From positions 2,749-66,748 of IMG/VR virus record IMGVR_UViG_3300023063_000003: a stretch of DNA of 64,000 bases; one strand, 5' to 3'. A program made the translations under genes and the position numbers. The notes beneath the pieces were generated by a model. It made no database searches and had not been told where the DNA came from. It was given only the letters and a program-made list of their open reading frames with translations. The stretch comes from a virus. Below, one piece after another: positions 17,307-27,057 of the stretch (positions within the stretch are counted from its first letter, which is position 1; every line of letters begins with the position of its first letter).

Positions 17307-18679
17307 AACGCTCCCGAAAAAAGTTCCAACAAGTTCGTCATGCGCTTGCCCTTCTTGAGCATCTTCTCGTAGACCTGATCCTCGATCGTGTCCTTGGCGA
17401 TCACGACGATGGTCTCGGTCTTCTGTGTCTGCCCATTACGGAACGCGCGCTTGTTCCCTTGAACGAAGTGCTCAAGATTGTAGGTCGGCGATGGCCAGAT
17501 CGTCGCCGTGGCCCGGGTCAGCGTCAAGCCATGCGCGGCCGACTGCGGGTGCGCAAAGATGACCTGATAAAAACCGTTCTGATAATCACGGATCATCTCG
17601 TCACGTGCTTTGCTCGACGTGGTGCCATCGAGCACGCAGAACTTGATGCCGCGCTTGATCGACTCTTTGATCAGCAGATCGCGCTGGTGCTTCCACAGAA
17701 AGAACACGATCGAGTGCTTGCGCTCTTCGACCAAGTCCATGACCATCTCATACCGGCCGGTGTCGATGACGTGGTAGTCATCTGGCGTCTGGTACACAGC
17801 ACCGGACGCGATCTGCAGCAGCTTCGTCGTTACCGCCGCCGCATTGATCGCCGAGACGACCTTCATCTTACCCAGCGCGGCCATCTGCGTCAGCGCCATT
17901 TCGCGGTACGTGCGGCCCTGCTTGGTCGGCATCGTGTAGGGCACGGTGTACTGGAAGTTTTCCGGAATGTCGATGCAGTCCTCGAACTTGTGCCGGATCG
18001 TGATGTCGGCCAGGAGCGAGAACACTGATTCCTCAGCGCCGTCCTTATCCTCCCACTTCACCATCTCCTTGCGTGGCCCAACCTGCACCGGTTGACATAC
18101 CGCGTTGCGGAAAGCGAAGAAGCTGCTGCCCAGCCGACGTCCGTCGTCAAGGAAGAAGACCTGCGACCACACATCGGTGATCGAGTTCGGGTTCGGCGTG
18201 CCAGAGAGCGCAGACCGGTACTCGAAATACTTCTTGATCTTTTGAAGCGCCTTGGTGCGCGCGCTGGTGTGGTGCTTGAACGCAGTCGACTCGTCGACCA
18301 CGATCGTGTCGAACTTCTTGAAGAAGCCCTTCGGCTGCTTGGCCAGCCACACGGCAGCGTCGATGTTCGTGATGTAGACATCAGCGTCAAGCGCGAATGC
18401 CTTATCACGAATTTCTGCGGTCGCGATCGAGCAGGTCATGTCCGGAGCGAACTTCTTGAAGTCCTCCTGCCATGCTGCATCGAGCAGCGACTTCGGCGCC
18501 ATGACCAGCATGCAGCCACCACGCGCGCGGCGGCGCTTGACGAACGCCATGATCTCGACGAACGTCTTGCCGGTACCTGGGTCACTCATATCGAACACGA
18601 TGGGTGTCGTGCCCATGAACTTCAGGGAAAAACTTTGGTGCGCCATTGGCTTTGGTGCTTTAATTTTGGCCGTCGCCAT
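17303..18679 (-). CDS. SNF2-like superfamily 2 helicase
   Basis: DPGTGKT, VVDES, LSGTP, AHGLTL, Q...R..R.GQ. Confidence 0.9.
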   Translation of the reverse strand: MATAKIKAPKPMAHQSFSLKFMGTTPIVFDMSDPGTGKTFVEIMAFVKRRRARGGCMLVMAPKSLLDAAWQEDFKKFAPDMTCSIATAEIRDKAFALDADVYITNIDAAVWLAKQPKGFFKKFDTIVVDESTAFKHHTSARTKALQKIKKYFEYRSALSGTPNPNSITDVWSQVFFLDDGRRLGSSFFAFRNAVCQPVQVGPRKEMVKWEDKDGAEESVFSLLADITIRHKFEDCIDIPENFQYTVPYTMPTKQGRTYREMALTQMAALGKMKVVSAINAAAVTTKLLQIASGAVYQTPDDYHVIDTGRYEMVMDLVEERKHSIVFFLWKHQRDLLIKESIKRGIKFCVLDGTTSSKARDEMIRDYQNGFYQVIFAHPQSAAHGLTLTRATATIWPSPTYNLEHFVQGNKRAFRNGQTQKTETIVVIAKDTIEDQVYEKMLKKGKRMTNLLELFSGAF

Positions 18680-18929
18680 TGAACCCTCCTAACTGAAAAT
18701 TATTTTCGAGGTAGCGCTGGCATGCCAACCAGTGCGCCGCCTCAATTGGACGATCATCGAGCCGACAGATCACAACTCGGCGCGCAGCTTCGTCGCGGTG
18801 CGCACGCGCATCCGGGACATGCCGTTCGCGCTTACCTGCACGGATGACATCGTTCCACAACGATGTCGTGAACGTAAAGCCGATCTCCACATCGCTGAAC
18901 AACTGGATACGATCTCCCCGTGGGCGCAT
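18660..18929 (-). CDS. Hypothetical protein
   Basis: TAATG-coupled start; fills the gap. Confidence 0.4.
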   Translation of the reverse strand: MRPRGDRIQLFSDVEIGFTFTTSLWNDVIRAGKRERHVPDARAHRDEAARRVVICRLDDRPIEAAHWLACQRYLENNFQLGGFNGDGQN

Positions 18930-19711
18930 TACATCACTCCGCGTTCACACACGCCCGAACCTTTCGGGCCATACATGCACCATTTGCATGTCCATACATT
19001 CGGGTTCGGCGGAAAGTCCACCGCACTCGTCATTTTCTCGGCGCGCATGTCCCACTTCTGCCGGAAGCGCAGCCCCTGGTTGCGCAGGTAGGTCATCGAG
19101 GTAATTTCATCCTGGTCGAGATACCACAACTCCGTGTGGACTTTCTCGAGCTGCGGATAACGCAGAAACGTGACCAGCTGATACAGCTGCAACTGCTCGG
19201 CGTGCTTGACCTCATTGCCAAATTTGCGCCCAGTCTTGTAATCGACAGCCACCGCTTCGGTCGGCGTGATGAACACCAGCGCGTCGAGCTTGAGACGCAG
19301 CCATGCTTTCTTCCACTCGGCCGGTTCCCAGCCGGAGGACATGCCCCACTCGCCCTCGAGCGAGACACGGCCATCCTTGAACGAGTTCTGCATCGACATG
19401 AACTCCTGCTGGAAGCTGTTCATCTCATGGCCGAACTTCGCCTTGCCGCGCACGAACAACTCAGCCGTATCATGGATACGCGAGCCGCGGTCGTTGGCGT
19501 GTTCGGTTTTGCCAGGAGGGAGTGGACGTTCAGGTTCAGGAATTTTTTGTACCCGCTTCAGGAAGGAGCGGTACTTGCAGCTCTCGAACTCGGTCAAGGA
19601 TGAGAAGGACCAGGACTTCAGCGGTGGAACAAGAATGGGTTCTGGCTTGATCATTTTGATCGGTATGACGCGCGCTGGCGCGACTACACGGGAGCGTGCA
19701 GCAACTGGCAT
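18929..19711 (-). CDS. Cas4/RecB-like PD-(D/E)XK exonuclease with Fe-S cysteines
   Basis: WSFS..F..C, G..IH, KLD..VDYKTG, QLQLY, C..C...C. Confidence 0.85.
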   Translation of the reverse strand: MPVAARSRVVAPARVIPIKMIKPEPILVPPLKSWSFSSLTEFESCKYRSFLKRVQKIPEPERPLPPGKTEHANDRGSRIHDTAELFVRGKAKFGHEMNSFQQEFMSMQNSFKDGRVSLEGEWGMSSGWEPAEWKKAWLRLKLDALVFITPTEAVAVDYKTGRKFGNEVKHAEQLQLYQLVTFLRYPQLEKVHTELWYLDQDEITSMTYLRNQGLRFRQKWDMRAEKMTSAVDFPPNPNVWTCKWCMYGPKGSGVCERGVM

Positions 19712-19763
19712 GGTGTTTCCTTATTGAATTAATTGAGGCGCCAGTATAGCCGATTGGAAATGC

Positions 19764-20459
19764 TTACTGGAAAATGCTGCCATCGGCCCAGTACGTCGTG
19801 TCGTAGTTTTCCATCGCTTCGTCAATCGACTCATCGGACATGAGATGATCATGTTCGGCTTCGAGCTGTTTATAAATCCAGGACGCAAAGTCACGGACAT
19901 ATCCATCGAGTAGCGCATCAATAGCAGGTGGAGCGTTGTACTCGTCGAGATTGACACCGGTATGGAAAGAATCGCGCTGCCCATTTATGATACCGAGCCG
20001 CGCATCGAGTTCAATGAAGTGCCCATCTTCCTTGACCTGGTCATCGAGACGCATGAGCACATAAAGTTTCGACAGCTCGTCGTGTATTGCCTGCGCACGT
20101 ACTGCTAGTGCAGCCAGCACTTCGTCCTCCGGTGCAAACGCTTTGACCTTGTCCACCGCCAGCGGGAGACTGCTTATCCATAGCTGGCCGGTGAACTGCG
20201 CACCATCGCCTTGCGAACAAAACCCTGAAAAACTAATGTCAGGTGTTTCATGTTTTACTCCGCCAGTCGTGCGCTGATACCGGTCCCAGAGTTCGATACC
20301 GAGCGTATGGCCAGCAGTTACCGCGTCGCTGTAGACATGCTGCCACCAGTCGTAATCGAGATGGTTTTCGCGGAAGCGATCTCGCGCCAGTTCCTGCGCG
20401 CGAGCCGATAGTTCGGAGAACTTGAATTCTTCTTGTTCGGCTTCTTCGGCTTCTTCCAT
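19764..20459 (-). CDS. Acidic mobile-element protein (family often labelled antitoxin-like)
   Basis: F.ELS..AQ..AR, FSGF.SQGDGA.F, WIY.QLE.E.D.L.SDE. Confidence 0.6.
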   Translation of the reverse strand: MEEAEEAEQEEFKFSELSARAQELARDRFRENHLDYDWWQHVYSDAVTAGHTLGIELWDRYQRTTGGVKHETPDISFSGFCSQGDGAQFTGQLWISSLPLAVDKVKAFAPEDEVLAALAVRAQAIHDELSKLYVLMRLDDQVKEDGHFIELDARLGIINGQRDSFHTGVNLDEYNAPPAIDALLDGYVRDFASWIYKQLEAEHDHLMSDESIDEAMENYDTTYWADGSIFQ

Positions 20460-20469
20460 GATCTACACC

Positions 20470-21615
20470 TCAGATTTCAATCGGGATCGTGTGGCCGAAC
20501 GGCGCCACTTCCTTGTTGATCGTCACCCACAACACCGGGAACTCAGGCGGATGATCCGAGAACGGACCATACAGATCGGTAAGATAGATCATGCACATCG
20601 GCGGCTCGTTGAGCGCCTGGGCGGCTTCGATCGCCGGCCGGAAGTCCGTGCCGCCGCTGCAAAAGCGCGTCAACTGGAATGGATCATCTGGCCCAAATTC
20701 TTCGACCTTGCGCACGTCGGAGTCGAAGTGCATCACGGTGATCTTCTCAGGCCGCATGTCTTCCTTGATCGCTGCGATCTCGGCGCTGAACGCGGCCACG
20801 ATGTTCATGTCGACCGAACCAGATTCATCGGACGCCACCACGATCTGACCGACCGCTTCGCTGTACAGCCCCGGCAGATAGAAGCCAGCGGCCAGCATCT
20901 TGCGGTTCGCGCGCGACCACGAGTAATCGTTCTTCGCCGCTTTCGTGACGAACTCGCGCAGCTCGGCTTTCCAATCCACCTTGTTCTCGGTGAGCTGTTC
21001 GACGAACTGCTCGATGCCGGCCGAGAGTTTGCCCACAGCCTTGGCAGCATTTGCTGCCTGCACCGCAGCGATCTTCCACTCGGCCGCCGACTGCTGCGCC
21101 ATTGCTGGATCAGGTATGCCGGCCACGAGCTGGTCGAGCGGGCCTGGACCCTGGTTGCCCGAGCCAGGACCACCACTACTGCCCGGTGGGTTCGTCGGCA
21201 GCTTGGCATAAATCTGCTCAGCAGTCATGCCGCTGTAAGCTGGATCAAGCAGCCAGTCGTTCGGGACCGTAAAGCCGGACTTCTTCAAAATGTCATTGAC
21301 GACATAGTCGGCTGCATGGTTCCATTTTTCTGGATTGAGTGTCAGGCCGCGGCTCGAAGGACCGCAGTGATCGAGCACGCAGTGCATGACCTCGTGCGCC
21401 AGCGCGCTCTTGGCCACATCATTCGACAACGTGTTCAAGAACTTAGCGCTGTAGCGCACGTCCTTGCCATTGACGACCAGCGTTGGCACGCTGTTGTCTT
21501 CGATCAGCTTGAGGCGCATCGCCAGTGTGCCGAAGAACGGATTATCGATGAGCAGGTTGGTGCGCGCCTTGGTAATTTTTTCAAGCGCTTTCAAGTCAAT
21601 TGTTGGGCCGGCCAT
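20470..21615 (-). CDS. DUF2201-type zincin metallopeptidase-VWA fusion
   Basis: HEVMH, WN.A.D..VN; VWA MIDAS DESGS, GGTDF, YLTDLY. Confidence 0.88.
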   Translation of the reverse strand: MAGPTIDLKALEKITKARTNLLIDNPFFGTLAMRLKLIEDNSVPTLVVNGKDVRYSAKFLNTLSNDVAKSALAHEVMHCVLDHCGPSSRGLTLNPEKWNHAADYVVNDILKKSGFTVPNDWLLDPAYSGMTAEQIYAKLPTNPPGSSGGPGSGNQGPGPLDQLVAGIPDPAMAQQSAAEWKIAAVQAANAAKAVGKLSAGIEQFVEQLTENKVDWKAELREFVTKAAKNDYSWSRANRKMLAAGFYLPGLYSEAVGQIVVASDESGSVDMNIVAAFSAEIAAIKEDMRPEKITVMHFDSDVRKVEEFGPDDPFQLTRFCSGGTDFRPAIEAAQALNEPPMCMIYLTDLYGPFSDHPPEFPVLWVTINKEVAPFGHTIPIEI

Positions 21616-21617
21616 TT

Positions 21618-21872
21618 TTATTCTCCTATGATCTGTAAAAAGTTATGCGCCACTTCCGAGGCACCTTTGTCGAATGGATGCGGACCCTCGAATGGCTCAT
21701 CACATCGATTGCTGATTTCTTGCGCCGACATCTCGCCCGAAGCAATCACGCGTGCTGCCCAGTCGCGGCCAGCATTGTACTGAGCTTGCCGCAGCTCGAG
21801 CTTGCGCCATGCGCGATGCGCCGCGCGCTCGCGTGCGCTATCATCCAGCCACTGTTTGAATCTGGTCCACAT
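21618..21872 (-). CDS. Hypothetical phage protein
   Basis: AAGGAG RBS; Y..G..WA...FDKG pattern. Confidence 0.55.
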   Translation of the reverse strand: MWTRFKQWLDDSARERAAHRAWRKLELRQAQYNAGRDWAARVIASGEMSAQEISNRCDEPFEGPHPFDKGASEVAHNFLQIIGE

Positions 21873-21884
21873 TATGCTGCTCCT

Positions 21885-22280
21885 TTAGGCTTCGCCGGCA
21901 AGCCGCAGCTCGATGACTTTTGTGACAACAGTGGCGCCGAGGGTGTCTTTGCCATCGCGCGCCTGCTGTTCAATTTGTTCGATCCACCAGATGCGCCAAG
22001 CAGTATCCCACCGGCGAAAAGTGATGAGATTTGAGTTATACTTTTTGTCCTTTGCCGCCAATGTGCACAGCGCTACGTTATACATCTGCGCCCGGGCTTC
22101 ATCTTCACGGTCTTGTTCCTGCGCAGCCAGCATCGCGACCTCGTCATCAAATTCTGCTTCCTGGTCCGGCGCCTCGCCGACAATGTCTGGGACATCGGGC
22201 GCCACAGGTACAACCGGTGCTTCAGGAAGTTTTACATGCAGTCCGTCTTGACGTCGACCGGGCAAAGTTTTGAATGCCAT
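21885..22280 (-). CDS. Hypothetical protein (RL-tail family)
   Basis: Ends VVTKVIELRLAGEA*. Confidence 0.55.
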   Translation of the reverse strand: MAFKTLPGRRQDGLHVKLPEAPVVPVAPDVPDIVGEAPDQEAEFDDEVAMLAAQEQDREDEARAQMYNVALCTLAAKDKKYNSNLITFRRWDTAWRIWWIEQIEQQARDGKDTLGATVVTKVIELRLAGEA

Positions 22281-22282
22281 GG

Positions 22283-22528
22283 TTAATCCAATCGACTTTT
22301 GACGAACTCAGGTGAAAGTATTTTGCGTATGTCCGATGTCGGCGCATAGCCCATTGCGACGAGGATCGCGAGTGAACTTTCCCGCGACCCATACATGGAA
22401 GGCAAATTATCCATAGCGCGATAAACACGCTCTTCGGTAGCACACATTTTTATTACAGCAGCAATCCACGCTTTGCAAACCTCATGATTGTCGAGCCAGA
22501 AATCGCCCATTTCTTTTGTGGTTGGCAT
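22283..22528 (-). CDS. Hypothetical protein (RL-tail family)
   Basis: GGAG RBS; ends SPEFVKSRLD*. Confidence 0.55.
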   Translation of the reverse strand: MPTTKEMGDFWLDNHEVCKAWIAAVIKMCATEERVYRAMDNLPSMYGSRESSLAILVAMGYAPTSDIRKILSPEFVKSRLD

Positions 22529-22529
22529 A

Positions 22530-22763
22530 TTAATCTCCGTCGATTCGGTTCATCACGCAGTACGTGATGATCTGCTCTTCGATCGTACCGTCGAACTCGC
22601 AGTTGCGGATCGTATCGATGAGTGCACGAAGATCACTAGGACGAAGATCATTGGCGACATTATCGTAAATGCGCTGCACTACTTCATGCGTATGATTTAG
22701 CTCGAGGAATTTTTCGGCGAATTTACGCGCCCAGTAGTCACCTGCTGCATTGGTCTCCATCAC
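22530..22763 (-). CDS. Hypothetical protein (RL-tail family)
   Basis: Ends IITYCVMNRIDGD*. Confidence 0.55.
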   Translation of the reverse strand: MMETNAAGDYWARKFAEKFLELNHTHEVVQRIYDNVANDLRPSDLRALIDTIRNCEFDGTIEEQIITYCVMNRIDGD

Positions 22764-23050
22764 TCACCATCCAATCGATTGCGCACCACCCGAACTCGTA
22801 CCATATTACCGAGGGCGACGAGATCAGTGATCGACGGATAGCTCTTGGCGATTCGCTTGAGCATCCAGTCACCTTCCTGCATGGCGGCGTTGATGAAACC
22901 GACGAATGAAAGGTGATGTGTCCCACCAATGACCAGCATCCTGGCTGCGTCAGTGGCATCAGCATTTTCACGACTCAGTTCTTCCAGCGCTGTTTCATAC
23001 CGGATGACCTTTGCCGCTTCGTCCTCGTTTATTTCGTGGGGGAGTGCCAT
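22760..23050 (-). CDS. Hypothetical protein (RL-tail family)
   Basis: Ends VRVRVVRNRLDGE*. Confidence 0.55.
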   Translation of the reverse strand: MALPHEINEDEAAKVIRYETALEELSRENADATDAARMLVIGGTHHLSFVGFINAAMQEGDWMLKRIAKSYPSITDLVALGNMVRVRVVRNRLDGE

Positions 23051-23877
23051 GGTTTCATTTGCTCCAAAACGAATGCCGCATCATCAGCGACCTGCTTGCG
23101 CAGCTTCTTCGACTTGCGGATATCGCCCGGATCGATCAGCAACCCGAGCGTCAATTTGCGCACTATTTCCAGGTTCGGATCGTCAGTAATGTTGAGTTTT
23201 GGCAACAAATCACACAGAACCCGGCCATTCTCGATGAGGCTGTCACGGAACACCGCGTCAGGGTCGCCCAGCCGGTCCACAAGGCGCGAAATGACCTCGT
23301 GCAGCCTTTCCCAGCACTCTTTTACTGCAGAGGCTTGGCGGGCCGCTACGCCCGCCGTGATGCTCTTTTTGATCTCTTCCACGGCCTCATCGCCGATATC
23401 GACCCGGAAATCAGCTGCTGAAGGGACCGGCGCGAAGCCCAGGTTGACACCGAAGCGATGGGCAATCTGGCCCACGTCCGGATAGTCACCCGGCTCGTAC
23501 ATCGTACCGAGCATGACGCGCGCATCCTGCACCAGTTGCGGATAGAAGCGCACGAAGTCTTCGACCGCAGCCTCGAACCGGGCGCGCAGGTCACGCATGC
23601 CGTCGACATACTCCATGTAGACGCGCGCCGGCAGAATACGGTCACCGTTGTCACCCCAGGGCAGCGTCAGGCCGTAGTGGTACGAGCGGATCGCGCCTTC
23701 GAGCTTGCTCATCGGCTCGAGCGCAGTCGGGTCAATGAGACGCTTGTTGAACCAGCCGGCTTTCTTTTCCGATGCGCCGTGCTGCGCCTGAATGGCTTTG
23801 GACACGGAGTTATCTTTTTTGCTGGCGGTCCACTGACTGACACTGAGGTTGACCAGCATGGCTTTTTCTTGGAGCAT
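23029..23877 (-). CDS. DUF3150-like protein
   Basis: AMLV.L.VS.WTA.K.D, TLPW.D.G.R.LP, LN.T.DP.L; lies next to the MoxR/VWA genes. Confidence 0.7.
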   Translation of the reverse strand: MLQEKAMLVNLSVSQWTASKKDNSVSKAIQAQHGASEKKAGWFNKRLIDPTALEPMSKLEGAIRSYHYGLTLPWGDNGDRILPARVYMEYVDGMRDLRARFEAAVEDFVRFYPQLVQDARVMLGTMYEPGDYPDVGQIAHRFGVNLGFAPVPSAADFRVDIGDEAVEEIKKSITAGVAARQASAVKECWERLHEVISRLVDRLGDPDAVFRDSLIENGRVLCDLLPKLNITDDPNLEIVRKLTLGLLIDPGDIRKSKKLRKQVADDAAFVLEQMKPWHSPTK

Positions 23878-23879
23878 GA

Positions 23880-24404
23880 TTAGCTTTCGATTCGTTTTAT
23901 AAAATCCTGAATGATGAATGATTCGCGCAGGGCTTCTGCGGAACTAGTCTCGAAGGGATCGGTAAATGCAGGTACATCACATTCAGCGCGGACTGCTTTA
24001 AGGTACTCATTAAATTCTTTGGCAAGACGCAGTGCTGCGGCGTTGCTTCTATCCCGGCGCGGTTGGCGAATCCTGGGAAGTGCAGCATCAGCAAGTGCCT
24101 GCATGATTAATTCTTTGGTCGTATCTTTGTTCGACCAGAGTGAACCAGCCGGGTTACGACAGCGTACAACTTTCAAACTACGCGCAGCGCTAAGCGCCAA
24201 GCTAATATGGTTGTTCGTGCTTTGGCTATTACGCTTATTCGTGATGACGACTACTTCTTTAAACCGCCGCGCGACACAAAAATGCTCGCCATAGCTGAAA
24301 AGGAATTCGCCTTCAAAATAAAAATTTTTGGTACGGCCTTCTTGCTGTGATTGCTTGGCCCAGACTTGCGCGACTTCTTTGATGGTCGCTAAATTTTTAC
24401 GCAT
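23880..24404 (-). CDS. Hypothetical phage protein (RL-tail family)
   Basis: FSYG.H..S.ST..H domain; ends IIQDFIKRIES*. Confidence 0.6.
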   Translation of the reverse strand: MRKNLATIKEVAQVWAKQSQQEGRTKNFYFEGEFLFSYGEHFCVARRFKEVVVITNKRNSQSTNNHISLALSAARSLKVVRCRNPAGSLWSNKDTTKELIMQALADAALPRIRQPRRDRSNAAALRLAKEFNEYLKAVRAECDVPAFTDPFETSSAEALRESFIIQDFIKRIES

Positions 24405-24407
24405 GAT

Positions 24408-24614
24408 TTACCTTTCGAGTTTGTATATCGTCCACTGTTTGATCACCTCGCGGCGCAAGTCATCATTCGTATTTTTCCACCATTCGTGCGGGTTAAAATA
24501 ACGCGACAGCGTTCCCCACATTCGAGCAGTTTGGATTATTCTTCGGAGCCGAAGTATTTCATGTACCGTGATCGCTTCAGGGCAAATCAGCGGCTCAATA
24601 TTAGGTGGCGTCAT
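24408..24614 (-). CDS. Hypothetical protein (LICP paralog, RL-tail family)
   Basis: LICP motif; ends VIKQWTIYKLER*. Confidence 0.5.
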   Translation of the reverse strand: MTPPNIEPLICPEAITVHEILRLRRIIQTARMWGTLSRYFNPHEWWKNTNDDLRREVIKQWTIYKLER

Positions 24615-24880
24615 CGCGATAACCTCTGGGCTATGTACTCAGTGAGGATCTTTTTCTTCTCCATCGGCGACCAGGAGTAATCCCACATCGACTGAAGTTC
24701 GCGGTTGAGCAAAGCAGGCCCAGTAGAATAAGTCAAGGACATCATCGTGTTCGTGAACATACCTTCTGCCCACCGCCTATCCATATGCGCCACCTTAGTC
24801 AGCGCAGCGCCAATTTCCTTGGCTTCCTGCTGCGAGGTGATGATCGGGCAGATCAGGTTGTGCGAATTAGCCATGTTCAA
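24611..24880 (-). CDS. Hypothetical protein (LICP paralog, RL-tail family)
   Basis: LICP motif; ends ILTEYIAQRLSR*. Confidence 0.5.
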   Translation of the reverse strand: MNMANSHNLICPIITSQQEAKEIGAALTKVAHMDRRWAEGMFTNTMMSLTYSTGPALLNRELQSMWDYSWSPMEKKKILTEYIAQRLSR

Positions 24881-25328
24881 ACCGGTACTCGACGAACTTC
24901 ACCCACAATTCAGCGACCACGCAAGCTGGTGATACGCTGGCTGCGCCGGCCACGAGGTTGCGATGGGCTTCGGGATTATTGCGAAAAACCTTCCAGCCGA
25001 ATGTCGGATCAGCGCGAACAATCCGGTCGTCGATACCAGTATCGATCAGTGCGCGCAGCATGCACATTTCGATCGGTGACTCACGATGCGTCGGGACTGT
25101 AAATTGCGCTGGTGTTGCTAGCTTGTCGTACGCATAAAGTTTACGGTCTTTTAGTTCTTGCAGCATAGGGCCAAAAGATTTATCAGCCATTATTAGGCTT
25201 TTAACTAAGTCCAAATGATTCAAACTATTTTTCCGCATCAGCATGTTCACCGAATGGACCAGATGAATACTGTCCATCCACTTTATTTCCAGGACTCTGC
25301 CGTCCTGTGTGGTCCACGTCGTGCTCAT
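24867..25328 (-). CDS. Hypothetical phage protein (RL-tail family)
   Basis: W.TQDGR...I..M...HL..S...L N-terminus; ends LWVKFVEYRFEHG*. Confidence 0.55.
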   Translation of the reverse strand: MSTTWTTQDGRVLEIKWMDSIHLVHSVNMLMRKNSLNHLDLVKSLIMADKSFGPMLQELKDRKLYAYDKLATPAQFTVPTHRESPIEMCMLRALIDTGIDDRIVRADPTFGWKVFRNNPEAHRNLVAGAASVSPACVVAELWVKFVEYRFEHG

Positions 25329-25930
25329 GGCTTCTTCCTTTCCAACTCAGAGCTTTCGTCAACAATAACTCCTGTCGGCGAGTTCCCAGAAAGTTTGCTT
25401 GGTTTTGTGGGATCGTACAGATGCTGATATGCGAACAGCTGTTGAGCAGTAAGTCGGTCATTAACTGCCCTATGCGTTTTCCATCCGGCCGCGTGTATAG
25501 CATCACCAGTATCGAATCGACTGCGCGCGTCTCGGCCTTCCAGGGTCATGGCAATCATCTCCTTGACGACCTTTGCTGCACGCCGGCCTTTCGGTGTGTC
25601 GTGCTGCGCGAGCATGCGATAGTGCGCCTCGAGTTCGCGCTTGCGTGAGGCCGGCGCGAACTCATAATAATTATTGCCGACGCCGAGCACGCGACGAAAT
25701 GCCACGGCCCAGCGCCATTCATCCGGTTTGCTGTAGTCGATCGAATAACTGGCAGCGGCTTCGGCTGGATCACTACCTGCCTTGGCTTTGATAATAGTCT
25801 GCTGTGCGTATCTATTTTTGTACTTAGACGCCAGCGCCCGTCCTATTATTTTTGCTTGTTCGCTTGCAGACACCGGCAATATTTGATTGTTCTTATCAAA
25901 CTTGACGCTTGTCTCGAGATCGAAGTTCAT
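25325..25930 (-). CDS. Hypothetical protein (start uncertain)
   Basis: Long open frame between MoxR and the next coupled gene. Confidence 0.45.
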   Translation of the reverse strand: MNFDLETSVKFDKNNQILPVSASEQAKIIGRALASKYKNRYAQQTIIKAKAGSDPAEAAASYSIDYSKPDEWRWAVAFRRVLGVGNNYYEFAPASRKRELEAHYRMLAQHDTPKGRRAAKVVKEMIAMTLEGRDARSRFDTGDAIHAAGWKTHRAVNDRLTAQQLFAYQHLYDPTKPSKLSGNSPTGVIVDESSELERKKP

Positions 25931-25973
25931 CGCAAAATCTGGATGAACTCCATCGAACTTGATGCCCTGGTAA

Positions 25974-27044
25974 TCAGCTGAGCAAGCTGCTGTGCTTGAT
26001 GGCGAACTGCATGTACTCTTTCGTTTCCGTGATCGCACGATTCGTCCTTTTCTGCGCGTCGCGCACATATACAACCTGCCACTCAGGGTCCATCCGGCCC
26101 ACGTACTTCATGAAGCGTGGGAACACGTCCTTCGTCGACGCCGACGCTAGCGCGGCCGTGATGGCGAAGAACACCGCAGCCGTTTCTGGCAGCGGTGTGC
26201 CGTCCGGATCGAGCTTGATCTGGTCGATCGATGGCAGATCGCGGAACACCTGCAAGAACGCCTTGAACTCGCCGGCTGCGGCTTCGCCCACGGTGCCCTT
26301 CAACATCTCGAACTCGACCTCGGCCGACAGATCGCTGTTGATCAGTTCGCCGCAGAAGACCCAGCCGCGCGGGTTTGGCGATGAGCGTTGCGCTGGATCG
26401 AACGCGTGCAGCAGGTCCGGACGGAAGCGGATGAACGCCAGCAGTTCAGTCGGTACCGCATCGCCCTGACCCAGCGCCCATTCGCACCAGTCATCAGCAT
26501 TCACGTCATAGTCCAGATGGATCAGCCGCAGCGCCAGCGCCGATGGCATCTTGATCGCATTGGCACGGTCTGTCTCACGGTTGCCGGCGGCCAGGATCGC
26601 CCAGCCATCAGGCAGTTTGTAGTCGCCGACCTGGCGCGTGAGCAGCAGCTGGTACGCCGCAGCCTGCACGGTGGACGGCGCCTGATTGAGTTCGTCCAGG
26701 AACAGGATGCCACGCGACGGGTTTGGTACGGTCTGCAGCTCCGTCACCGCAGCCGTCTTGCCCTTGGCCGGCTTGATCTCGACCTCTTGCTCGACGAACA
26801 TCGGTGGGAAGAAGTTCGCTGGCAACCACTGCATATTCCCGGCCGCGACGTCAGGCACTGGGAAGCCTTTCACGTCGGTCGGGTCGAGCAGGTTCAGACG
26901 CACGTCAACGAGCTGCATGTCGCCGGCCGCGGCGACCTGGGCGATCAGATCGGACTTGCCGACGCCCGGTGGACCCCAGACGAATACAGGACGCTGCTTG
27001 GCGACAGCGACATTGAGAGCTTCACGGATTTGAATTGGACGCAT
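25974..27044 (-). CDS. MoxR-like AAA+ ATPase
   Basis: Walker A GPPGVGKS, Walker B LFLDELNQA, AAGNR, arginine finger ALALR, PRGW; AAGGA RBS before ATG 27044. Confidence 0.9.
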   Translation of the reverse strand: MRPIQIREALNVAVAKQRPVFVWGPPGVGKSDLIAQVAAAGDMQLVDVRLNLLDPTDVKGFPVPDVAAGNMQWLPANFFPPMFVEQEVEIKPAKGKTAAVTELQTVPNPSRGILFLDELNQAPSTVQAAAYQLLLTRQVGDYKLPDGWAILAAGNRETDRANAIKMPSALALRLIHLDYDVNADDWCEWALGQGDAVPTELLAFIRFRPDLLHAFDPAQRSSPNPRGWVFCGELINSDLSAEVEFEMLKGTVGEAAAGEFKAFLQVFRDLPSIDQIKLDPDGTPLPETAAVFFAITAALASASTKDVFPRFMKYVGRMDPEWQVVYVRDAQKRTNRAITETKEYMQFAIKHSSLLS

Positions 27045-27057
27045 GATGAATTCCTTA

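Noticed and set aside
18929-19711. CRISPR-Cas component (Cas4-like)
   Set aside because: Stand-alone phage exonuclease. No array or other cas genes seen.
20422-21783. Long antisense ORFs (this one, 43456-44832, 45920-47632, 61007-62287 and others)
   Set aside because: They mirror high-GC genes on the opposite strand and lack RBS or recognisable motifs.
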